Shown: piece by piece, positions 28,027 to 37,818 of the stretch
How positions within the stretch are numbered: the first letter of the stretch is position 1
Layout of the letters: every line of letters begins with the position of its first letter
Origin: Candidatus Actinomarina sp.
GTDB lineage: Bacteria; Actinomycetota; Acidimicrobiia; Actinomarinales; Actinomarinaceae
Direction of reading: 5' to 3'
NCBI GenBank assembly: GCA_965655535.1
Contig: CBFHGZ010000003.1
Location: forward strand, 680-42,611
DNA length: 41,932 nucleotides
Position numbers and translations under genes: made by a program
The notes under the pieces: model-generated
The model's database searches: none
What the model saw: only the letters and a program-made list of their open reading frames with translations
Told to the model about the DNA's origin: nothing

Positions 28027-30534
28027 CTAGAAATTAAATTCTAAATTTGAGCTCTGCATTCTGTCTTTAAATGCAATATTAGCTTTAAGTCTTTCCAATT
28101 TTTGTTTAGAAATTTTTTCTGCAGATGGCAATGGATTGTCTTTTAGAAACTCTTCAATATCCTTTGCTAAAGTTTTGTTGTAGATTGATGGTAGCGCATC
28201 AAGAATTCTTGATGCTGTCCATTCAGGCATAACTTTCAAAAGATCTTCCCAGTTTTCTTTGACTAAATTCCATGCTTTATCAGCATTGTCAGAGTTAGAG
28301 AGTAAAACTGCAATTACATATGGTGCGTCAGCACCTCTTATAGTCTGATCCAAGATAGCACTAATTATTGTGTTTGGCGCATCAGGTTCAGAAACAGAAC
28401 CAATCATACCTCTGTAGCGACCTTGAATTTGAGGTGTTTGTGAATTTTTAAATTTTTCCATATAAACATTTGCAGAATTAGTTTTATCAAGTGAAGAAAT
28501 ATTTAATACAAGATTGTAATAATTTCCATCTTTGTAATCTTCATATTCATTTGATTTAAATTGAGTAGAAAATGACTCAATAAACTCATCATTTTTTACA
28601 ATTCTTGCGTACAAACCACAAACAAGAGACTTTAATTGTGATACTTCTGGATCTAAACCTTCTTCATAATCTGAGCCAAGCTTTTGCAGTAATGTAGAAC
28701 AAAAACCCTCAACATAAGTTTTAAATTCTTGATTATCATATATTTCACTTAGAGTTCCTAAGATTCCTCCAATTAAAGACCAAATATTTTTTTCGTTTTC
28801 ATTTACATATAGATTCAATATATTGAGAAACTCTTCTAGTTCAAGCTTCCCAACTCTAAGTGACATCCAAACATCTTCAAGAAATCGATATTTTTCATTT
28901 AGATCTAAACTTAAAAAGTTGTCTGAAATTGAAGATAAAATGTCTGAACTGTAGTTTGAGTGGAAGAATGACCATCCTCCATTGTTTATAAATGGTACTG
29001 TACCCTCAAACTCAATTTCTTGAGACTCGCTATCCAATATGAATTTTTGAGATACACCAGTTTCTAAACATTTTATATTCAAGGGAACTTTCCAAACAGT
29101 TTCATCAGTCTCTCCATCAATTAAAAAACGATTTTGAGAAATCTTATATTTATTGTCAGATTTAGAAATAGAGATAAGAGGATAACCTTCTTGTTTAATC
29201 CAAGTAGGGAGTATTTCACTAAGGTTGTACTCGCTTGATTTAGTAAGTTCATCCCACAAATCAGATGAATGTGTGTTTTTGTATTCAAATTTTTTCAAAT
29301 AATTTTGAACTCCTTGCTTGAATTCATCTTCACCAATGAAGGTTTCAAACATTCGTAATACAGTAGAGCCTTTTTGATATGTTAAGACATCAAACATTTC
29401 TTCAGCTTCTTCTGGAGTTTTAACCTCAAACTCAACCGGTCTAGAGGCTCTAAGGGAATCTACACTAAACCCCTGAGATCTTGCAAGGTTTAATTCATTC
29501 CATAATTTGAATTCAGGATATGTTGCTTCTGAAGCAATTACTTCCATCAAACTTGCAAATGCTTCATTTAACCAGATACCGTCCCACCACTTCATTGTTA
29601 CTAGGTCACCAAACCACATATGTGCTAGTTCATGAGCGACAACCTCAACAGATCGAGAAAGTTCCGCTCTAGTTGCTTTTTCTGTGTCAATTAACAAAAG
29701 AGTTTCTCTAAAAGTTACAGCTCCAACGTTTTCCATAGCACCCATAGCAAAATCAGGGATTGCAATTAGGTCTAGTTTTGATCCTGGATAATTGATTCCA
29801 TAGTAAGTTTCAAAAAAATCAAGAATTTTAATTGCTGCCTCACCAGCAAATTTAGTTTGATGTCCAAATCCAGGTCTGTGAACAATACTGACGTCAGTAG
29901 TTTTTGAAGATCCAATATTTGTAATCTCTAAACCACCAACTACAAAAGCTACTAAATATGTAGACATTCTCATTGAGTCAACAAATTTAGAAGTAGTCCT
30001 CCCATTGTTTGTTGTTTCTTCTGCAAGCTTTTCATTGCTTACCCTTACTAAGTTTTCATCAGATGTAAGAGTTATTGAAAAAATAGATTTATATTCAGGT
30101 TCATCCCAACAAGGAAAAGCCATACGCGCAGCTGTTGGTTCGAATTGAGTTGTTGCTATCCAAACATCTTCATTATCTTCATTTTTAAAACTGCTTCTAT
30201 AAAACCCTCTAAGATCATCGACAATAGTTGCATTGAAGTTTATATAAAGCTTCCAATCTCCTGCCTTAACAACTTCTTCAAAAGATAGTGCGATTTTCTC
30301 TTCTTCATTTATATAGTTAACAGATGCATCAATATGGATTCCTTCGTCATTTTCAACAAAGGCATTAACTATATCTATGCCAAGTGAATTTAATTGTATT
30401 TCAGTAGAATCATCAACAACCTCTATATAGATTGTTTCTTTCCCTGCATATTTAAAATTTTCTAGGTCTATATCCAGATCTATTTCGTATCTGTTTGGAA
30501 TTGCATTTTTGGGTAATTTTATATTTTGACTCAT
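28027..30534 (-). CDS. pepN: M1-family aminopeptidase N
   Basis: 835 aa with the GAMEN exopeptidase motif and the zinc site HELAHMWFGD...WLNEAFA (HExxH-x18-E). Confidence 0.9.
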   Translation of the reverse strand: MSQNIKLPKNAIPNRYEIDLDIDLENFKYAGKETIYIEVVDDSTEIQLNSLGIDIVNAFVENDEGIHIDASVNYINEEEKIALSFEEVVKAGDWKLYINFNATIVDDLRGFYRSSFKNEDNEDVWIATTQFEPTAARMAFPCWDEPEYKSIFSITLTSDENLVRVSNEKLAEETTNNGRTTSKFVDSMRMSTYLVAFVVGGLEITNIGSSKTTDVSIVHRPGFGHQTKFAGEAAIKILDFFETYYGINYPGSKLDLIAIPDFAMGAMENVGAVTFRETLLLIDTEKATRAELSRSVEVVAHELAHMWFGDLVTMKWWDGIWLNEAFASLMEVIASEATYPEFKLWNELNLARSQGFSVDSLRASRPVEFEVKTPEEAEEMFDVLTYQKGSTVLRMFETFIGEDEFKQGVQNYLKKFEYKNTHSSDLWDELTKSSEYNLSEILPTWIKQEGYPLISISKSDNKYKISQNRFLIDGETDETVWKVPLNIKCLETGVSQKFILDSESQEIEFEGTVPFINNGGWSFFHSNYSSDILSSISDNFLSLDLNEKYRFLEDVWMSLRVGKLELEEFLNILNLYVNENEKNIWSLIGGILGTLSEIYDNQEFKTYVEGFCSTLLQKLGSDYEEGLDPEVSQLKSLVCGLYARIVKNDEFIESFSTQFKSNEYEDYKDGNYYNLVLNISSLDKTNSANVYMEKFKNSQTPQIQGRYRGMIGSVSEPDAPNTIISAILDQTIRGADAPYVIAVLLSNSDNADKAWNLVKENWEDLLKVMPEWTASRILDALPSIYNKTLAKDIEEFLKDNPLPSAEKISKQKLERLKANIAFKDRMQSSNLEFNF

Positions 30535-30559
30535 TTACAAATTGTAGTTGTAAATAAAT

Positions 30560-31912
30560 TCAATCCCATTGCAAGTGTAAAAATTCTTCAGAATCTAGCA
30601 ACTGCACTGTGTGAGCACCAAAGAAATCTCTCTGTGCTTGAATTAGATTTGAAGGGTTGTGTTCAGCGCTCATATTTAGATACCAATTTAATGTTGAGCT
30701 CATGACAGGTGTTGAAATATTATTTCTTATACAACCAGTGATTATAGTCTTTGCATCTTCGACAAGATTAGATAATCTATTTTGGATTTGAATAATCTCA
30801 AGTTTTGAATCACTATTTAAAAAGTCAGTCAACTCACTCAATAGATCTGAACGTATAATGCAACCGCCCATCCAATTTTTTAAAACTTCTGAAATTTTTA
30901 TATTTAGATTATGTTCAGTGCTAAAAAATTGTATAAACAATAAACCTTGAATTAAAGTTGCGAATCTTGAAAAATATACTGCTTTTTGCAGTTTATTCAA
31001 GTCAAGGCTTTCAGACATTTTTAACTCTTCTTGTTGCCAGTCATTCTTAAAATTGCTTTCAATCCTTGCATTTAAAGATTCATAAATAGCCGAGAGTGGG
31101 TAGCCGTAATCTAAGCTTGTTTGAACTGTCAACTTTCCAGTACCTTTATGATTAGCCAAGGGCTTTATTTGATCAATTAAGAAACCATCGTTGTTCTTTT
31201 TTTGAAATATTTCTGCAGTGATCTCTATTAAATAGGATGATTGTCCAATTTCTTTAAAACTTTCAAAAAAGTTACTTATTTTTATATTATCGAAGCCACT
31301 TGATCGCAAAACACTGTATGCTTCTGCAATAATTTGCATTTCTGCATATTCAATTCCATTGTGAAGCATTTTGATGAAGTGTCCGGTACCGAATCCTTCA
31401 TATATTCCAACACATGGAACGCCATCTTTTTTAGCGGCAATACTTGATAATATTTTTTGTAAGGTTTCATTTATTGGATCCTTTGAACCGATCATTAAGG
31501 CCGGACCATTTCTTGCACCCTCTTCACCACCTGATACGCCCATGCCAATAAACTTAACTCCTTTTTTTTCACAGAGATTTCCCATTTCATTGCTATCTAA
31601 AAAGTAAGAATTTCCGGCATCAATTATTAGGTCATCTTTATCTAGTAAATTAGTTAGGTCATCTATTACAGTTTTTGTAGCTTCTCCAGATGGCACTAAT
31701 AACATTACTGTTCTGGGCTTTTCTAAGTTTTCAACTAGAGTTTTTAAGCTTGTACAACCTTCAATGTTATTGTTTAAATCTTTATTAATTAGAGTATTAA
31801 TTTTCTCATCTGACTTGTTATAAACTTTTACGTTTATTGAATTATCTGACATATTTAATGCAAGGTTGGAGCCCATAACTCCAATTCCAACTAATCCAAT
31901 ATTTAGACTCAT
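30560..31912 (-). CDS. gnd: 6-phosphogluconate dehydrogenase (decarboxylating)
   Basis: 450 aa with the Rossmann motif GLVGIGVMGSNLA and the signature GMGVSGGEEGARNGPALM. It has an ATGA overlap with the hflX stop. Confidence 0.85.
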   Translation of the reverse strand: MSLNIGLVGIGVMGSNLALNMSDNSINVKVYNKSDEKINTLINKDLNNNIEGCTSLKTLVENLEKPRTVMLLVPSGEATKTVIDDLTNLLDKDDLIIDAGNSYFLDSNEMGNLCEKKGVKFIGMGVSGGEEGARNGPALMIGSKDPINETLQKILSSIAAKKDGVPCVGIYEGFGTGHFIKMLHNGIEYAEMQIIAEAYSVLRSSGFDNIKISNFFESFKEIGQSSYLIEITAEIFQKKNNDGFLIDQIKPLANHKGTGKLTVQTSLDYGYPLSAIYESLNARIESNFKNDWQQEELKMSESLDLNKLQKAVYFSRFATLIQGLLFIQFFSTEHNLNIKISEVLKNWMGGCIIRSDLLSELTDFLNSDSKLEIIQIQNRLSNLVEDAKTIITGCIRNNISTPVMSSTLNWYLNMSAEHNPSNLIQAQRDFFGAHTVQLLDSEEFLHLQWD

Positions 31913-33228
31913 ATTGAAATTTTAACAATATCTTTGTCGATCAAATTATTTAAATATTGTTTTCTTATATCTATCTCTACTAATAATTGTGAATCTATAT
32001 TTTCTACATTATGAATTGTTGATAATTTATGAAGGATATCTAAATCTTTAGCTGAAATTATAACTTGCTCTTTTACTATTTCTCCGAGCACTTTTTCAAA
32101 TATTCTTTTTATAAGATTTGAAATATTAGTACCAACAGTGGAGGAAATAAATTCAGCATCAGGATATTTTTCTTTTAAGTAATTTAGAGAAGCTCTATCT
32201 ATTCGGTCAATTTTATTAAACACCAAGAGCTCAGGTATCTTTGCTTCAATTTGCTCTAGAATTTCATGAACTGTATTGATATGCATTTGAGGCATAGCTG
32301 CGGCAGCATCTACGACATGGATAAGTAGTTCAGCTTCTTTAACTACAGTAAGTGTTGACTTAAAAGAGTCAATGAGTGTTGTTGGTAGATTTTGGATAAA
32401 TCCGACTGTATCAGAGAGTATTAAATGTTCGTTTGTTTCATCAATTTTTAACTCTCTCTGGAGAGAATCAACAGTTGCAAATAATTCATTAGCCACGTAT
32501 GTTTTTGAAGATGTAATTTTTTCTAGCAGTGTTGATTTACCTGCATTTGTATAACCAACTATTGACACCAAAGGTGTGTTGCTTTTTCTTCGTGAACTTG
32601 ACTGAACAGCTCTTTGCTTGCTTACTTTGGATATTTCTTTTTTGAGTTTATTTATTCTATTGTCAATCAACCTACTATCTGTTTCAAGTTTGGTTTCTCC
32701 AGGACCTCTTGTGCCGATCCCACCTCCTTGTTGATTTAAAGTTTTACCTAGACCGGCAAGTCTTGGCTTGAGATAAATGGAAAGAGCTAATTCAACTTGT
32801 AACCTTGCTTCTTTAGACTGAGCATGAAGTGCAAAAATATCTAGAATCAATCCTGTTCTATCTACAACGTCACATTTAAAAAGTGCTCTGAGTTCTTTCT
32901 GTTGGTTTGGAGTAAGTTCACAGTCGAAAATGACAACATCAATATCATTAGCATCAGAGATGTCAACGAGCTCTGCAATAGACCCTTTTCCAATAAAAGT
33001 TTTTGGATCAATTTTTTCTACTCTTTTTGTTTGAATAATTTTGGGACTCGAACCAGCTGTATTAACTAAGTTTGTTAGTTCTTTCAAGGACTCTTCTTTA
33101 TCTGCCCGAATTTCATTTTTTAAAATTATTCCAATTAATAAAGCATTTTGAGTTGTAACAAAGATATCCCTATCAGATACCGTAAGTAGTCTACGATCAG
33201 ATTGATTGGGATTATTTCGTTGATTCAA
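31909..33228 (-). CDS. hflX: GTPase HflX
   Basis: 439 aa with the HflX N-terminal domain, then the G1 motif GYTNAGKSTLL, G3 DTVGF and G4 NKID. The track ORF has a TTG start. Confidence 0.9.
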   Translation of the reverse strand: MNQRNNPNQSDRRLLTVSDRDIFVTTQNALLIGIILKNEIRADKEESLKELTNLVNTAGSSPKIIQTKRVEKIDPKTFIGKGSIAELVDISDANDIDVVIFDCELTPNQQKELRALFKCDVVDRTGLILDIFALHAQSKEARLQVELALSIYLKPRLAGLGKTLNQQGGGIGTRGPGETKLETDSRLIDNRINKLKKEISKVSKQRAVQSSSRRKSNTPLVSIVGYTNAGKSTLLEKITSSKTYVANELFATVDSLQRELKIDETNEHLILSDTVGFIQNLPTTLIDSFKSTLTVVKEAELLIHVVDAAAAMPQMHINTVHEILEQIEAKIPELLVFNKIDRIDRASLNYLKEKYPDAEFISSTVGTNISNLIKRIFEKVLGEIVKEQVIISAKDLDILHKLSTIHNVENIDSQLLVEIDIRKQYLNNLIDKDIVKISI

Positions 33229-33232
33229 TTAT

Positions 33233-33553
33233 TTATAAATATGTGCCACTGTCAGTTGTAGTAGAATTTTCTTCTTCTGCAATAATTTGAGATTCCCTTA
33301 CAGCTAAAACAACTTTTCCAGTTGGGGGCCAAATAAATTTCCACGCACCACTTGCTACTGCCCAAAACTGCTTTCCAGTGTCTATATCAATTAATGGCAG
33401 GGCTTCTGAAGTTTTTTCGCTACCTGCTGGTACAAGTAATCCAGATTTTGTAATAGTTTCGTCTTTTAAGTGACCTACGCGCCAACCAGGTGAGACTTTA
33501 AATCCTTCTGGTGCGAAATTCACTGAATCAATTAAATTCTGCTCTTGTTCCAT
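33233..33553 (-). CDS. Hypothetical protein (106 aa), no recognised family
   Basis: ATG-initiated ORF filling the gap between tRNA-Sec and hflX on the same strand. It has ordinary composition and no opposing gene. Confidence 0.5.
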   Translation of the reverse strand: MEQEQNLIDSVNFAPEGFKVSPGWRVGHLKDETITKSGLLVPAGSEKTSEALPLIDIDTGKQFWAVASGAWKFIWPPTGKVVLAVRESQIIAEEENSTTTDSGTYL

Positions 33554-33587
33554 GACATTATGATAAACGACTTTAATCTATAATTAG

Positions 33588-33679
33588 CGGAGGTGGACAG
33601 GAATCGAACCTGCCAAAGACTTTTACACCTTTCAACAGTTTTGAAGACTGTGGAGCCCACCAGGCGCTCATTCACCTCC
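33588..33679 (-). tRNA. selC: tRNA-Sec (anticodon UCA), CCA not encoded
   Basis: The reverse complement reads GGAGGTGAATGAGCGCCTGGTGGGCTCCACAGTCTTCAAAACTGTTGAAAGGTGTAAAAGTCTTTGGCAGGTTCGATTCCTGTCCACCTCCG. The long acceptor stem is GGAGGTG(A)/(C)CACCTCC with discriminator G. The anticodon stem ACAGT/ACTGT carries loop CUUCAAA, identical to the E. coli selC loop, with the anticodon at 33642-33644. There is a long variable arm, and the T-arm GCAGG-TTCGATT-CCTGT abuts the acceptor strand directly, the 8/5-type geometry. Confidence 0.85.
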
Positions 33680-33729
33680 AAGATGTAGACTAATTATATA
33701 AAAATAATTTTTTAGAATAGAATTACATT

Positions 33730-34326
33730 ATGAAAAATTTTCAAACTGTTTTTAATAAGTTAAAAAATGAAAGAAACCTTACTAATAAACAGATAGCGTC
33801 TTTTACTGGTGCAAAAATAAAAGAAGTCAAGCAATGGGAGTCGGGAGTATCCTTTCCAACTGATTCAAAAACAATTAATGCATTAGAGGGTTTATTAGGT
33901 GCAGAGATAGTTAATTCTTTAAAGGCTTTTCAAAATGAAAACAATACCTCTAAAAGCAGCTTAACAACTACTGACGATTCACTATTTAGAGTGGAACCTT
34001 CTTCATTAGAAATAAAAGAAACATCTTTTGATAAATTTAGAGGTACTTTTCAGAGGAAGTCTGCAAAACCAAAAACATTTAATGAAGACGAAAGCTACGG
34101 TGCAGAATTAACAAACCATACAGCAACTCAAGATCAAAAGGCCGAAAATAGTTTATTAGTTGAAACAGATGAAAGTCCATATATTTTAGATCAAAATCAA
34201 TTGAGTTTTTACTTTTCAAGAAATGTAAAAACTGTATTAGCTATTGGGTTGCTTTTATTGGTTTCAGTTAACTTTGCTTCACTTCTTTGGGATTCTTTAA
34301 TTCAAGTTATTGAAAATTTGACATGA
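33730..34326 (+). CDS. XRE-type helix-turn-helix protein with C-terminal membrane anchor
   Basis: 198 aa. The N-terminal HTH is LKNERNLTNKQIASFTGAKIKEVKQWESGVSFP. A low-complexity linker is followed by a single C-terminal TM helix (VLAIGLLLLVSVNFASLLW). It has an ATGA overlap with ctaA. Confidence 0.65.
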   Translation: MKNFQTVFNKLKNERNLTNKQIASFTGAKIKEVKQWESGVSFPTDSKTINALEGLLGAEIVNSLKAFQNENNTSKSSLTTTDDSLFRVEPSSLEIKETSFDKFRGTFQRKSAKPKTFNEDESYGAELTNHTATQDQKAENSLLVETDESPYILDQNQLSFYFSRNVKTVLAIGLLLLVSVNFASLLWDSLIQVIENLT

Positions 34327-35213
34327 GCTTTTTAAATTCTGTTCGTGCAGGATTATTCCTCGCAATTTCTTCAATATTAGCTGGTGCAATTGTTAGAGCT
34401 ACTGGATCTGGAGATGGCTGTGGATCTACATGGCCAACATGCAAAGGTAAGGTTATTCCTGAGCTCTCTGATATACCTGAGTTAATAGAGTTTTCCCATA
34501 GAGCGGTCAGTGGAATTTTATTGGTTGTGACATTAATGATTTTTTTAAAAACTAGAATCCTAGAAAAAAATAATTTGAAAAAAGTAATTTCAAATTATTT
34601 AACATTTTTTGTTGTTCTAGAAGCTGTAATTGGGGCAGTAATTGTTTTATTTGAGTGGGTTGGTTTAAATAGTTCTCTTCCAAGAATTGTTGCTGTGCCA
34701 ATTCACCTTGTTAATACTTTTGGACTACTTGCTTGTTTCATTGCTCTTTATAAAGTTGTTAAAGATGATCTACAAAGCATTAAAGGTATAGTTGATAATC
34801 AATTTTTAGTAGTTTTGTGCTTATTTTTATTTAGTGGCGCAACAGGATCTATAACTGCTTTAGCGGACGTTCTTTTCCCGTCAGAATCTTTTATTCAAGG
34901 GTTTTTGGAAGATTTTGATGAAACATCTGAATTGCTTACAAGATTGAGAATTCTACACCCGATTGTCGCATCTTTGCTTTCTATTTCTTTGTTTTTTGAA
35001 TCAAATAGGTTAAAGAAAACATATAAATTAAACACAAAATCTTTAAAGTTAATGGTTTTGGTTGCTGTGACACTAGGTGTAGTGAATGTCCTGTCTAATA
35101 TTTGGTTACCTTTAAGCGTTTTACACCTTGCAATAGCTGATTTTTTGTGGATTACATATATATATGTAAGTATCGAAAAAACTAGAAATAATCTTTCTAT
35201 CAATTCGCTTTAA
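34323..35213 (+). CDS. ctaA: Heme A synthase (COX15/CtaA family)
   Basis: 296 aa with 8 predicted TM helices, the N-terminal motif GSGDGCGSTWPTCKG, and conserved His residues in helices (EFSHR, PIHLVN, ILHP). Confidence 0.8.
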   Translation: MSFLNSVRAGLFLAISSILAGAIVRATGSGDGCGSTWPTCKGKVIPELSDIPELIEFSHRAVSGILLVVTLMIFLKTRILEKNNLKKVISNYLTFFVVLEAVIGAVIVLFEWVGLNSSLPRIVAVPIHLVNTFGLLACFIALYKVVKDDLQSIKGIVDNQFLVVLCLFLFSGATGSITALADVLFPSESFIQGFLEDFDETSELLTRLRILHPIVASLLSISLFFESNRLKKTYKLNTKSLKLMVLVAVTLGVVNVLSNIWLPLSVLHLAIADFLWITYIYVSIEKTRNNLSINSL

Positions 35214-35276
35214 ATTAAGACTACGTATATCATTCATCTTTGTAACTAGATGGTAAAAAATTAGGTCAAAACACTG

Positions 35277-36332
35277 ATGGTAACTAAAACAATTCCTTCA
35301 AAACCAAAGCCTGAAGTAAAAGAGGCTGATTTTTCTAATGAAGATACAACTCTTACTCCTGAACAGGAAAAAGCTGCAAGAGAAAAAGCCAAATCTTTAA
35401 CAAAAAAACTAGCAGATGACAAAGGCAAGTTAACAACAGATCTCGTTAGTCAATATTTGACTGCAATTGGAAATTTTGACCTACTTACAGCTGAGCAGGA
35501 AGTTGAATTAGCTCAAAGAATAGAGTCTGGTGAAAAAGCAGCAGTAAAACTTCAAAAAAAACAATTTAAAGATAAAAAAGGTGAGATTCGCCTCAAGAGA
35601 GATAGAAAAAAAGGTGCCGAAGCAAAAGATGCATTCTTGACAGCTAACTTAAGATTGGTTGTTGCAAACGCAAGAAGATATGCAAACACATCCGGAATTG
35701 ACTTTTTAGACTTAATTCAAGAAGGTAATCTTGGTTTAATTAGAGCAGTCGAAAAATTCGACTGGAGAAAAGGATTTAAATTTTCAACTTACGCTACTTG
35801 GTGGATAAGACAAGCAATCACAAGAGCGATTGCTGATAAGTCAAGAACTGTAAGAATACCTGTTCACCTCCATGACACAATGGCTGCAGTAAGAGCAGCA
35901 CAAGCTCAACTTAAGGCTGAATTAGGTAGAGATCCTAAACCACAAGAGATTGCTAAGGAAGCTGGTGTAGGAGTCGATAAAGTAGAGCTAGCTCTAAGTG
36001 TTGCAGATACAGTTTCACTTGAGCAACCTGTAGGTGAAGATGGAGCTCAACTAGGTGACTTTATTCAAGACGAAGACGCTAGTGATCCATCTCTAATTGT
36101 TCAGGATTTAGATGTTGCTGAAAGCCTTAGAGGTAGCATTAGTAGATTGCCTGAAAGAGAAGGAAGAATTTTAGCTTTAAGATATGGCTTTTATGACGGG
36201 GTTCCTAGGACCTTAGAAGAAATCGGTGAAGAATTTGATTTAACTAGAGAGAGAATTAGGCAATTAGAAAAACTTGCTCTTTGCAGGTTACGTCACCCAT
36301 CTTTTGGTATTCGAGAACAAGACCTCGTTTAA
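35277..36332 (+). CDS. RNA polymerase sigma-70 family factor, group 1/2 (principal-like)
   Basis: 351 aa. Region 1.2 is [22 protein letters not shown]. Region 2 is the RpoD box [42 protein letters not shown]. Region 4 is the [22 protein letters not shown]. Confidence 0.9.
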   Translation: MVTKTIPSKPKPEVKEADFSNEDTTLTPEQEKAAREKAKSLTKKLADDKGKLTTDLVSQYLTAIGNFDLLTAEQEVELAQRIESGEKAAVKLQKKQFKDKKGEIRLKRDRKKGAEAKDAFLTANLRLVVANARRYANTSGIDFLDLIQEGNLGLIRAVEKFDWRKGFKFSTYATWWIRQAITRAIADKSRTVRIPVHLHDTMAAVRAAQAQLKAELGRDPKPQEIAKEAGVGVDKVELALSVADTVSLEQPVGEDGAQLGDFIQDEDASDPSLIVQDLDVAESLRGSISRLPEREGRILALRYGFYDGVPRTLEEIGEEFDLTRERIRQLEKLALCRLRHPSFGIREQDLV

Positions 36333-36381
36333 AGACCCTTACTAAACTATCTTTGATTTATTAAGTTGTTAATCTATTTAT

Positions 36382-37818
36382 ATGTTTGATTATTTAGAAA
36401 TTGCAATTGATTCAGCAATTGAAAGTGGAGCTAAATATTCTGATGCAAGGATACTTATTTCAAAGTCTCGAAACATTGCTGCGAAAAATGGTGAAATAGA
36501 AAATTTCAATGAAAACGAAAAAGTTGGTATTGGAATAAGGGCATTAGTCGGTTCTTCTTGGGGATTTTATTCAACTTATGACTTATCAAATAACTCTTTA
36601 AAATTAGCTGGAAAAAAAGCTTTTAATATAGCCAAAGCTTCTGCCATGGTAGCGGGTAATGATATGCCTTTTGCAGATGTCCCAGTTGTTGAAGATTCTT
36701 ATACAACCCCTCATGAGGAAAATCCATTTTCTGTTTCAAGTTCAGATCAAATTAATTTATTAATTGAGTCGACTGAAAAAATGAAAAAATATGGAAGTTC
36801 AAGAGCTTTTGGACGTTTAGATTTTTGGGATACCGAAAAGTGGTTTGCATCAAGCCAAGGTCATAAAATTTATCAGAATATTATTGAATCTGGTGGGGGA
36901 ATCTCGTCCTTATCAGTGGGAGATGGTGAAACGCAAATAAGATCTTATCCTCAATCATTTGGTGAATACAGAACTGGTGGTTGGGAAGTAGTTAAATCAT
37001 TTAAGTTTGAAGACCATTTAGAAAGACTTTCTGAGGAATCTCAAAGACTTCTTGTCGCACCACAGTGTCCAGAGGGAACAATGGATTTAATCTTAGAAGG
37101 CAGTCAGTTAGCTTTGCAGATACATGAATCAGTTGGTCACGCTATTGAGTTAGATAGAATTTTGGGTTGGGAAGCAGCTTATGCTGGTACTTCTCATTTA
37201 GATCTTAAAAAATTAAATGAACACAAATACGGCTCACCTTTAATGAATATAGTTGCCGATGCAACTTTACCAGGTGCGTTGGCAACTTTTAAATATGATG
37301 ATGAAGGAACTCCTGCACAAAGAGTTGATATTGTAAAGGAAGGAATTTGGACTGGAGTTTTGTCAGGTAGAGACAGCGCAGCTGTCGCAGGAGTTTCGCC
37401 CGGAGGAATGGTTAGGGCAGATGGTTTTGGCAGATTGCCTATGGTAAGAATGACTAATGTTGGTTTGTTACCAGGAGACTCTTCTTTAGATGAAATAATT
37501 TCTTCAACTGAAGATGGTATATATATGGAAACAAATAGGTCTTGGTCTATCGATGATTTGAGATTAAATTTTCAGTTTGGTTGTGAAGTGGGTTGGGTTG
37601 TAAAGAATGGCAAAATAATTGATATGGTTAAAAACCCTACCTATACAGGAATCACTCCTTTGTTTTGGGGAAATATGGACATGCTAGCAGGTGAAGAAGA
37701 ATGGGTTTTTTGGGGAACTCCAAATTGTGGTAAAGGACAACCTAGTCAGATTGGCCATACTGGACATCCAGCATCTCCAGCTAGATTTAAGGATACTCGC
37801 ATAGGGGTAAGAGGATGA
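36382..37818 (+). CDS. tldD: TldD-family metalloprotease
   Basis: 478 aa with the HESVGHAIELDR (HExxxH) motif and a GxC...G C-terminal region characteristic of TldD. Confidence 0.85.
   Translation: MFDYLEIAIDSAIESGAKYSDARILISKSRNIAAKNGEIENFNENEKVGIGIRALVGSSWGFYSTYDLSNNSLKLAGKKAFNIAKASAMVAGNDMPFADVPVVEDSYTTPHEENPFSVSSSDQINLLIESTEKMKKYGSSRAFGRLDFWDTEKWFASSQGHKIYQNIIESGGGISSLSVGDGETQIRSYPQSFGEYRTGGWEVVKSFKFEDHLERLSEESQRLLVAPQCPEGTMDLILEGSQLALQIHESVGHAIELDRILGWEAAYAGTSHLDLKKLNEHKYGSPLMNIVADATLPGALATFKYDDEGTPAQRVDIVKEGIWTGVLSGRDSAAVAGVSPGGMVRADGFGRLPMVRMTNVGLLPGDSSLDEIISSTEDGIYMETNRSWSIDDLRLNFQFGCEVGWVVKNGKIIDMVKNPTYTGITPLFWGNMDMLAGEEEWVFWGTPNCGKGQPSQIGHTGHPASPARFKDTRIGVRG

Noticed and set aside
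33554-33729. selC as a genomic-island integration site.
   Set aside because: tRNA-Sec is a classic island insertion hotspot. Here both flanks are conserved housekeeping genes (hflX run on one side, HTH-ctaA-sigma on the other). There is no integrase and no duplicated tRNA 3' fragment in the neighbourhood.
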